NCBI GenBank assembly: GCA_031417255.1
Contig: JANOVD010000007.1
Location: forward strand, 1 to 39,156
Reading direction: 5' to 3'
Length of the DNA stretch: 39,156 nucleotides
Source of the DNA: Chitinophagaceae bacterium
GTDB lineage: Bacteria; Bacteroidota; Bacteroidia; Chitinophagales; Chitinophagaceae
Below are positions 18,291-25,856 of the stretch, piece by piece. The notes under the pieces are model-generated. The model was not told where the DNA came from and did no database searches. It saw only the letters and a list, made by a program, of their open reading frames with translations. The translations under genes and the position numbers were made by a program. Every line of letters begins with the position of its first letter. The stretch's first letter is position 1.

Positions 18291-19478
18291 ATGAACCAGA
18301 AATTTGTACAACGCATTGCCGCCGAACTTACTGAAATTGAGAATGCCGGTCTTTCTAAAAAAGAGCGTATCATCAGCAGCGAACAGGGTGCCGAAATTAT
18401 TGTAAATGGTAAAACAGTTTTAAACTTTTGTGCCAACAATTATCTTGGCCTCTCTTCTCATCCCAAAGTGGTAGCCGCAGCAAAAAAATATATTGATATC
18501 CGTGGTTATGGTATGAGCAGTGTTCGTTTTATCTGCGGCACACAGGATATACATAAGGAACTGGAAAAAAAACTGGCCGATTTTTTAGGTACAGAAGATA
18601 CCATTTTATACGCTGCGGCTTTTGATGCCAATGGTGGTGTATTTGAACCTTTGTTTGGAGAAGAAGATGCCATCATTTCCGATGCACTCAATCATGCTTC
18701 CATTATTGATGGTGTTCGTTTGTGTAAAGCACAGCGCTACCGTTACGAGCACAATAATATGGCCGACCTGGAAATGAAACTTGCCGAAACGCAGCACCTG
18801 CGAAGCCGCATTATTGTAACCGACGGAAGTTTCAGCATGGACGGCACCATTGCACAATTGGATAAAATTTGCGACCTGGCCGATAAATATGATGCCATTG
18901 TAATGATTGATGAATGCCATAGCAGCGGTTTTCTGGGCAAGACCGGAAGAGGAACACACGAATACCGGAATGTGATGGGTCGTATTGATATCATCACCGG
19001 TACATTTGGTAAAGCCCTTGGTGGCGCCAGTGGCGGATTTACCAGTGGCCGCAAAGAAATAATTGAAATGTTGAGACAAAGAAGCCGTCCGTATTTGTTC
19101 AGCAATACGGTTGCACCAAGTATTGTGGGTGCAAGCATTGCTGTTTTGGATATGCTGAGCGAAACAACAGAATTAAGAGATCAGTTAGAAAGTAATACCA
19201 GTTATTTCAGAACAAAAATGACCGAAGCAGGATTTGATATAAAGCCCGGCGATCATCCTATTGTTCCCATTATGTTATACGATGCAGTGCTGGCACAAAA
19301 TTTTGCTGCCAAACTTTTAGATGAAGGTATTTATGTAATTGGGTTTTTCTTTCCGGTGGTGGCAAAGGGGCAAGCAAGGATAAGGGTACAATTAAGTGCA
19401 GCACATAACCAGCGGCATTTAGATAAAGCAATTGAGGCGTTTACAAAGATTGGGAAGGAGTTGGGAGTGTTGAAGTAA
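18291..19478 (+). CDS. kbl: Glycine C-acetyltransferase (2-amino-3-ketobutyrate CoA ligase)
   Basis: NFCANNYLGL, SVRFICGTQ, GTFGKALGGASGG, RSRPYLFSN. Confidence 0.97.
   Translation: MNQKFVQRIAAELTEIENAGLSKKERIISSEQGAEIIVNGKTVLNFCANNYLGLSSHPKVVAAAKKYIDIRGYGMSSVRFICGTQDIHKELEKKLADFLGTEDTILYAAAFDANGGVFEPLFGEEDAIISDALNHASIIDGVRLCKAQRYRYEHNNMADLEMKLAETQHLRSRIIVTDGSFSMDGTIAQLDKICDLADKYDAIVMIDECHSSGFLGKTGRGTHEYRNVMGRIDIITGTFGKALGGASGGFTSGRKEIIEMLRQRSRPYLFSNTVAPSIVGASIAVLDMLSETTELRDQLESNTSYFRTKMTEAGFDIKPGDHPIVPIMLYDAVLAQNFAAKLLDEGIYVIGFFFPVVAKGQARIRVQLSAAHNQRHLDKAIEAFTKIGKELGVLK
19347..19478 (+). repeat. Direct repeat copy 1 (3' end of kbl)
   Basis: 116/132 identical to 20384-20515 by manual alignment. 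Confidence 0.92.
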
Positions 19479-19517
19479 AAGGGCTTTTAATTATTATATC
19501 TTTACAAAATAAATACA

Positions 19518-19742
19518 ATGGCAAAGAAAATTATAGGCAGGTATATTGTGGCCGACCCAAAAATGTGTCATGGCAAATTAACATTTAAAGGTACCAGGAT
19601 TTTTGTAGATGATGTTCTGGAAATGGTAGCACAAGGGCTTGCCTGGGATTATATTATTGAACAATGGCATGGTGCTGTATCAAAAAATGCCATTAAAGAA
19701 GCGGTTACTTTAAGTAAAACATCATTTATAAATATTGGATGA
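19518..19742 (+). CDS. DUF433 domain protein (antitoxin-like)
   Basis: IVADPKMCHGKLTFKGTRIFVDDVLEM. Confidence 0.88.
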   Translation: MAKKIIGRYIVADPKMCHGKLTFKGTRIFVDDVLEMVAQGLAWDYIIEQWHGAVSKNAIKEAVTLSKTSFINIG

Positions 19743-19765
19743 TTTTTATTAATTTTACACTTCAA

Positions 19766-19933
19766 ATGAAAGTTAAAACAACACATACAAATTCCAAAGG
19801 CGCCTACATCTTTAAGCAAATGCTTGAGGACAAAAAAGCTATTTCAAAACATTTGCAAACAGGTGGAAAATTATCTGAATTAAAAGATAAATACAAATTC
19901 CTTGACTTATTATCCTTACGAAGCAACAGATAA
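19766..19933 (+). CDS. Small hypothetical protein
   Basis: ATG 19766, 55 aa, overlaps the next gene. Confidence 0.6.
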   Translation: MKVKTTHTNSKGAYIFKQMLEDKKAISKHLQTGGKLSELKDKYKFLDLLSLRSNR

Positions 19934-20381
19934 TTTTACTTTTCAATTTAAAACTGAACTAGGGCTGCTGTATTCCGTTTATTTTTTGGATTACAGTGCT
20001 ATGTTTTCCGACTATCCGCATATAGCCAATAATATTTACTCTTTTAATATTGACCTAACTGAAGGCAATCCTGACCTGGCTTTTACAGATGAAAGAATAG
20101 GAATTACTATTGTTGAAATATTCCGGCTGTTTTTTGAAAAAATACAGAATGTAGCTGTGTATGTTTGTGATAGCGTTGATGACAGACAATTAGCCAGGAA
20201 AAGAAAATTTGATTTATGGTTCTGGAAGTATAATGATGGTTCGATCTTAAAAGAGGATGGTATTGCAGTTATTGATGATGTTGAAATTTTGAACTCCTTA
20301 TTAATTCACAGGCAAAACATTTATTTAACTGAAATAATTCTTGCGTATAAGTCAATAAATGAAAGGGCTAATGATAAATGA
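19902..20381 (+). CDS. DUF6169-like protein
   Basis: DERIGITI..IF..FF, VYVCDS.D.RQ.AR.RKF..WF pattern; TTG start. Confidence 0.7.
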   Translation: MTYYPYEATDNFTFQFKTELGLLYSVYFLDYSAMFSDYPHIANNIYSFNIDLTEGNPDLAFTDERIGITIVEIFRLFFEKIQNVAVYVCDSVDDRQLARKRKFDLWFWKYNDGSILKEDGIAVIDDVEILNSLLIHRQNIYLTEIILAYKSINERANDK

Positions 20382-20383
20382 TG

Positions 20384-20515
20384 TTCTTTCCGGTCGTGGC
20401 AAAAGGGCAGCCGAGGATAAGAGTGCAGCTGAGTGCAGCACATAGCCAGCGGCATTTAGATAAAGCGATTGAGGCGTTTACAAAGGTTGGGAATGAGTTG
20501 GGGGTATTGAAGTAA
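20384..20515 (+). pseudogene. Orphan duplicate of the last 43 codons plus stop of kbl
   Basis: FFPVVAKGQPRIRVQLSAAHSQRHLDKAIEAFTKVGNELGVLK*. Confidence 0.92.
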
Positions 20516-20640
20516 TTTTTTCGTATTTACTTATTGCGGCATTGTCTTTTAATAGGATGATTGCCGCAATTTTGTTTAACGTAGTATGTATATTCAAAAG
20601 TTATGCATCATTACCAGACACTCTAACAATGTTAACTGAT

Positions 20641-21297
20641 ATGGATTTAAAAAAACATTTCACTCTTATCCCATTACTAGTAATATTTTACGCATGCAAT
20701 ATAGGCACTAAATTTACTGGTACTTATTCAAATAAGATTGGAGATAAATTAACTGTTCGAAAAAACAAGACCTATAAATTATCAGAAACAATAAATAGCA
20801 GGATAAGAAAAACAAAAGGAATATGGCAATATTATGGAAATAATGGAAATACTGATCTCGTAAGATTTATAAATATCCCTCAATATTTAGTGGAAAATTT
20901 TCATACTATTAGCGTAGAAAAATCAAATAGGGAATTTTCAGAAATAAGGATTTTTTTTGCGGATACAGATAGCATTATTACAATCCCTACTGCCTATGGT
21001 TTTTTTAAAAATGACACTATACCTCTTATGGGACTTCATCAATCCTATGTAAAAACGCTATACTTTGAAGTGAATCTAGACAGCGTCTACTTAATTATGT
21101 GGAAGTACAAAAACGTAATGATCAATATCCCTGATACTCTAAAGCATATTTATACTTTAAGGTTTTATCCCACTGAGTCTGTCTATGACTTTGACAGGAT
21201 TTATAATAATATAGATAACAAGTTATTCCCGATAGACACAACAAATACAAATAAGCGGCTCAGATTCAAAAAAACTACTCATAAAAAAGATGGCTGA
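20641..21297 (+). CDS. Hypothetical lipoprotein
   Basis: ATG 20641 gives MDLKKHFTLIPLLVIFYAC (lipobox-like); AT-rich; the ORF track extends to 20542. Confidence 0.65.
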   Translation: MDLKKHFTLIPLLVIFYACNIGTKFTGTYSNKIGDKLTVRKNKTYKLSETINSRIRKTKGIWQYYGNNGNTDLVRFINIPQYLVENFHTISVEKSNREFSEIRIFFADTDSIITIPTAYGFFKNDTIPLMGLHQSYVKTLYFEVNLDSVYLIMWKYKNVMINIPDTLKHIYTLRFYPTESVYDFDRIYNNIDNKLFPIDTTNTNKRLRFKKTTHKKDG

Positions 21298-21317
21298 TAA
21301 ACAACCCTAAATAATAA

Positions 21318-21325
21318 TATCTTTG
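21318..21325 (+). promoter_or_regulatory. Bacteroidota -7 promoter element upstream of lutB
   Basis: TATCTTTG. Confidence 0.5.
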
Positions 21326-21450
21326 CTTCGATAAAAGATGATAAGAATTACCGCTGTTGAACGGAGCGTCGCCATCTGCCGATGCTTTTTGTACTACAGC
21401 TTGTAACAAAAAAATAAAACCATAATCTACCAAAATATCTTCTCCATTTC

Positions 21451-21479
21451 CTCCCCCTTCGGGGGAGATAGAGGGGGCT
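21451..21479 (+). repeat. Hairpin+tail REP-like repeat upstream of lutB
   Basis: ctccccc-ttc-gggggag-atagagggggct; same layout as the right end of the acs element. Confidence 0.8.
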
Positions 21480-21489
21480 AAAAAATACC

Positions 21490-22865
21490 ATGTCAGAACA
21501 ATCAGAAACCTTTATAGCCAAAAGCACTGTTAAAGCTGCCGACCTGGAACACAGGCGCAAGATCAATTTTAATATTGGCAAATACAATGCAGTGGTACCA
21601 AAAGGAAAAGAACAGTTTGCCGATGTGCACCTGGCCAGGGAAAGGGCCAAGAATGTGAAATGGCGTGCCATTGAAACCCTTGACCAGCAACTGAAGAATT
21701 TGAACTGAATTTTACCAAACGTGGCGGCAAAGTGATATGGGCCGAAAACAGTGAGCAGGCCATTGAAGAAATTTTAAAAATTTGCAGGGAGAAAAACTGC
21801 AAATCGCTGGTGAAAAGCAAGAGCATGGTTACCGAAGAAATTCACCTGAATGATGCATTGGAAAAAAACGGCATTGAAAGTATTGAAACTGACCTCGGCG
21901 AATATATTCAGCAATTAGATGGCGAAGCGCCTTACCATATTGTAACACCGGCCATGCACAAAAGCAAGGAAGATGTTGCTAAACTGTTTAATAAAAAACT
22001 GGGCACATCCATTAATTTAACACCGGCAGAATTAACGCAGGTTGCACGTGTAATCCTTCGGGAAAAATATGTACAGGCAGAGGTTGGTGTTACCGGTGCC
22101 AACTTTATCATCAGCGATATTGGCGGCATTGCTGTTACCGAAAATGAAGGCAATGCAAGGTTAAGTTGTGCATTTCCTAAAACACATATTGTGGTGGTGG
22201 GTATCGAAAAAATGATTCCTTCTTTAACAGATCTGGGATTGTTTTGGCCGCTGCTTGCTACTTTTGGCACCGGACAAAAAATTACGGTGTACAATACCAT
22301 TGTTACCGGCCCCCGGCAGGAAAACGAAACCGACGGCCCCGAAGAGATGTATGTTATTTTGCTTGATAACGGCCGCACCAATATTTTAAAAAATCCAAAA
22401 CAAAGAGAAAGCTTGTACTGCATACGTTGCGGCGCCTGTTTAAATGCATGCCCTGTTTATAAAAACATTGGCGGCCATGCATACGGAGCTACTTACAGTG
22501 GCCCAATCGGCAGCGTTATTACACCACACTTACAAGGCATGGATGAATTCAAACATTTAAGTTATGCATCGTCTCTTTGTGGTAATTGCACCGAAGTGTG
22601 TGCAGTAAAAATAAATTTACATGAGCTGTTGCTGGAGAACAGGCACGAATCGGTGGAAGAAGGATTAACAACATTTACCGAACGGATGGCCTGGAAAGTT
22701 TGGCGCCTGGCCAGTTTAAAAAGGGGCTTAATGAATTTGGGCAGCGGCAATTTTAAAAACAAAGTGGTTAACGGCATGTTTAAAGGGTGGAACAAAAACC
22801 GCAGCGATCTTGATTTTAGCCAGAAAACCTTTAACCAGCTTTGGAAAGAGCGGTATAAGAATTAA
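21490..22865 (+). pseudogene. lutB: LutB/LldF lactate utilization Fe-S protein, 1-bp frameshift near 21692 (real or sequencing error)
   Basis: Two ORFs join as DQQL-EEFELNFTKRGGKVIW if one base is added; ETDLGEYI, CIRCGACLNACP, SSLCGNCTEVC. Confidence 0.85.
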
Positions 22866-22890
22866 TTGTAGATTTGTGAAAACAGTTTTT

Positions 22891-23055
22891 ATGGAAAAAC
22901 TATTTACTGCACATATAGAACAGGATATTGAAACAGGATATTTTATCGGCACAATCCCTGCAGTACCGGGTGCTCATACACAGGCTAAAAGTTTAGATGA
23001 ACTTTCTGTGAGACTAAAAGAGGTATTAGAACTTTGTTTGGAAGAAAAATTCTAA
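22891..23055 (+). CDS. Short HicB-family antitoxin-like protein, possibly truncated, with no HicA
   Basis: FTAHIEQDIETGYFIGTIPAVPGAHTQAKSLDEL..RLKEVLELCLE. Confidence 0.8.
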   Translation: MEKLFTAHIEQDIETGYFIGTIPAVPGAHTQAKSLDELSVRLKEVLELCLEEKF

Positions 23056-23066
23056 AGCAATATACT

Positions 23067-23288
23067 ATGAGTACAATTGATATAAGAAAAGAGTTACACA
23101 ACTATATTGATAACAGCACTGATGATATTATAGCTGCTGTTTACGCCATGCTGAAGACTTATAACAATGACCAAAGCGAGGCAGTTGATATACAGGAATA
23201 TAATAAAGATATAGATGAAGCCATGAAGGAAATAGATAATGGCGAATTTGATTCGCATGAAGACGTAAAAAAATCATTACTAAAATAA
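23067..23288 (+). CDS. Probable antitoxin partner of the RelE/ParE toxin
   Basis: Acidic 73 aa, ends IDEAMKEIDNGEFDSHEDV; TAATG overlap with the toxin gene. Confidence 0.75.
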   Translation: MSTIDIRKELHNYIDNSTDDIIAAVYAMLKTYNNDQSEAVDIQEYNKDIDEAMKEIDNGEFDSHEDVKKSLLK

Positions 23289-23590
23289 TGGCTGTTACCA
23301 GGAATATAGTATGGCGAAAATCTGCCAGGTTATATTTAGAAAAAGCAATAGATTACATACGCCAGGATTCAGTTAAAAATGCAGATATAGTTGCCAAAGC
23401 AATTTTGGCCTCCATTGATAAAGCATCCCGGTTCCCCGAACATTTTCCTCCTGATAAATATAAACATAACAATACCGGTTCTTTCAGGGCTTTTGAAATT
23501 TACAGTTTCAGAGTTTCGTTTTTTACAAATGCTGAAACAATCAGAATTGTACGGATAAGACATACAAAACAAAAACCATTAAATTATTAA
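23288..23590 (+). CDS. RelE/ParE family type II toxin
   Basis: IVWRKSA..YL..AIDYIRQDS, IRIVRIRHTKQKP. Confidence 0.85.
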   Translation: MAVTRNIVWRKSARLYLEKAIDYIRQDSVKNADIVAKAILASIDKASRFPEHFPPDKYKHNNTGSFRAFEIYSFRVSFFTNAETIRIVRIRHTKQKPLNY

Positions 23591-23599
23591 TGCGGCTGA

Positions 23600-24919
23600 T
23601 TGATACTGATATATTCCCATACCGTTTCAAAAAGATTACAATATATATGTTCTTTTATTTTTAAAGAGCTGATGGGTGTTGAATTTAAGCTCACCATAGA
23701 TTCGGAAGCATTTAAAAACCATACCGGCCCAAAGATCAATTACAGCGATTCAAAAATTTCGGCAGATGAGTTTTATATTCAAAATTACCCGCTGCTTTTT
23801 GAGCAGGATATAAAAAGCCAGGTAATTGAATGCTTTACAACAAATAGTAACAAAGCATTTTTTAAAACCGTAAACAGTGATCTTGCCTTTGATATTTTTG
23901 CCGCATCATTTTACCTGATCACCCGCTACGAAGAATATCTGCCGCATGAAAAAGATATGTATGGCCGGTATGCTTATGAAAATTCGCTGACTTACCGGGA
24001 AGGGTTTTTAAAATTCCCATTGATAAATATCTGGGTTAAGGATTTCAGAGAAAAACTGAAAGAGAAGTTTCCAACTTTAAACTTTCAACTTTCAACTTTC
24101 GACTTCAAGCCCACTTATGATATAGACATTGCCTGGTCGTACAAACACAAAGGGTTGTTACGAAAAATCGGCGGATTTTTAAAATCACCTTCATCAGAAA
24201 GAATAAAAGTTTTAACCGGCGCAGTTAAAGACCCGTTTGATTGTTATGCGTGGTTAAACCAACTGCATGAGCAGTATAATTTACAGCCGCTTTACTTTTT
24301 TTTAGTGGCTGATAAAAATGGTTTGTATGATAAAAATATATTGCCGCATACAGATGCCATGTGGAAACTGGTTAAGCATCATGCAGCAAAATATTCAATT
24401 GGTTTGCATCCATCGTGGCAAAGCGGAGATGATAAATTTTTATTGAAAAAAGAAAAACAGCAATTGATGGCTATGATTCAGGCCGCTCAAAGCGTCCCGA
24501 CTCAAATTGATGAAAGCGCCCCGATCCCAAGCCGCCAGCATTATATCCGGTTTAATTTACCCGAGGGATATGAAAGATTAATTGCTGCGGGAATAACTGA
24601 TGATTATTCGATGGGTTATGGCAGTATCAACGGTTTCAGGGCATCGGTTGCCACGCCGTTTTATTGGTACGACCTGGAAAAAGAAGCGCAAACTGCTTTA
24701 CGAATTCATCCTTTTTGTTTTATGGATGCCAATTCATTTTATGAACAAAGGCAAAATACAGAACAAACATTTGAAGAGCTGATACATTATTTATCAGTTT
24801 GTAAAGCAGTTAACGGAACATTGATCACTATCTGGCACAATAATTTTTTAGGAACAGCTAAAGAATTTGAAGGATGGAAGGAAGTGTATGAAAAATTTAT
24901 TGCTCAGGTTCAGCAATAA
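23600..24919 (+). CDS. Polysaccharide deacetylase-like protein (DUF7033-type N-terminus)
   Basis: DIFAASFYLITRYEEY, PTYDIDIAW, IGLHPS, RQHYIRF, GFRASVA, IWHNN. Confidence 0.85.
   Translation: MILIYSHTVSKRLQYICSFIFKELMGVEFKLTIDSEAFKNHTGPKINYSDSKISADEFYIQNYPLLFEQDIKSQVIECFTTNSNKAFFKTVNSDLAFDIFAASFYLITRYEEYLPHEKDMYGRYAYENSLTYREGFLKFPLINIWVKDFREKLKEKFPTLNFQLSTFDFKPTYDIDIAWSYKHKGLLRKIGGFLKSPSSERIKVLTGAVKDPFDCYAWLNQLHEQYNLQPLYFFLVADKNGLYDKNILPHTDAMWKLVKHHAAKYSIGLHPSWQSGDDKFLLKKEKQQLMAMIQAAQSVPTQIDESAPIPSRQHYIRFNLPEGYERLIAAGITDDYSMGYGSINGFRASVATPFYWYDLEKEAQTALRIHPFCFMDANSFYEQRQNTEQTFEELIHYLSVCKAVNGTLITIWHNNFLGTAKEFEGWKEVYEKFIAQVQQ
24071..24105. repeat. 7-mer tandem repeat inside the deacetylase-like gene
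   Basis: ccaactt taaactt tcaactt tcaactt tcgactt; encodes PTLNFQLSTFDF. Confidence 0.8.
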
Positions 24920-25838
24920 TTTTGTCCCGGCTTCGCTTGATACTGTAATTTACCAGGAACACGCCCGCCAGGGTTACAATAGCACCCCACAAAATATACA
25001 TGGTTAGTTTTTCGTGCAGCACAATAGCTGCAGTTACCATGGCAACAAGCGGGTTGATGTAGGCATACAAAGAAGAAACCGCTGCCGGCAATTTCTTCAT
25101 AGAGTAAATAAAAGCGATGAACGCCAGTAAGGAGCCGGCCAATACCAGGTAAGTGATAGCCCACCAGGCTGTTGCAGAAATAGCCGAAAAGGCAATTGTT
25201 GGTTGCGTGGTTTCGGCAACTATTAGCAATATAAAAGAACTGATGAGCATTTGCCAGCCTGTGGCATAATACGGATTCAGTTTCATTTTATTGCGGGTTA
25301 TAAAAATTGTACCCACACTCCATGCTAACATAGCGATCACCGATAATACAACTCCAAAAATAAACCCATCGGGATGATGTTGAAAAGCATTTTCATAAAA
25401 AACTATTCCGATGCCGGTTATACCAAGCAGCAGGCCGATAAATGTAAGTACGGTCATATTGCGGTTCCTGTAAAAACCCATTTCAATAATAACAACACTC
25501 AGTGGATATAATGCCCCTACCAATGCACTTAAACCAGTTGGTATATATTGTAAGCTCCAGGTACTTAATCCGTTTGCTATTACAAACATGAGCAAAGCCA
25601 TGATCAGCAACCAAAAAAATTCTTTACGGGTTGGAAATGATAATTTTTTATAGAGCATGAAAAAAAGAACAAAACAAATGCCGCCAAAAAACTGCCGGAT
25701 ATAGGCCATTTGAAGTGCCGGCATTTCTGCAACACCAATTTTACTGGCAACCCAGGTGGTACCCCATACAATACTGGTAATGCCCAGCGCCAGGTACCCT
25801 CCTGCTTTTCCTTTGGGCAAATTTTTGCTGCTTATCAT
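24897..25838 (-). CDS. EamA/DMT family transporter
   Basis: VWGTTW, ~10 TM helices, YAYINPLVA. Confidence 0.92.
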   Translation of the reverse strand: MISSKNLPKGKAGGYLALGITSIVWGTTWVASKIGVAEMPALQMAYIRQFFGGICFVLFFMLYKKLSFPTRKEFFWLLIMALLMFVIANGLSTWSLQYIPTGLSALVGALYPLSVVIIEMGFYRNRNMTVLTFIGLLLGITGIGIVFYENAFQHHPDGFIFGVVLSVIAMLAWSVGTIFITRNKMKLNPYYATGWQMLISSFILLIVAETTQPTIAFSAISATAWWAITYLVLAGSLLAFIAFIYSMKKLPAAVSSLYAYINPLVAMVTAAIVLHEKLTMYILWGAIVTLAGVFLVNYSIKRSRDKIIAEPEQ

Positions 25839-25856
25839 TTATATAATGGGCTGTAA

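Noticed and set aside
21338-21406. 22-codon ORF in the lutB leader
   Set aside because: No attenuator or riboswitch signature that I can support.
24486-24530. aaagcgtcccgac / aaagcgccccgat short direct repeat in an apparent loop of the deacetylase-like protein
   Set aside because: Too short and degenerate to assign to a repeat family without an alignment.
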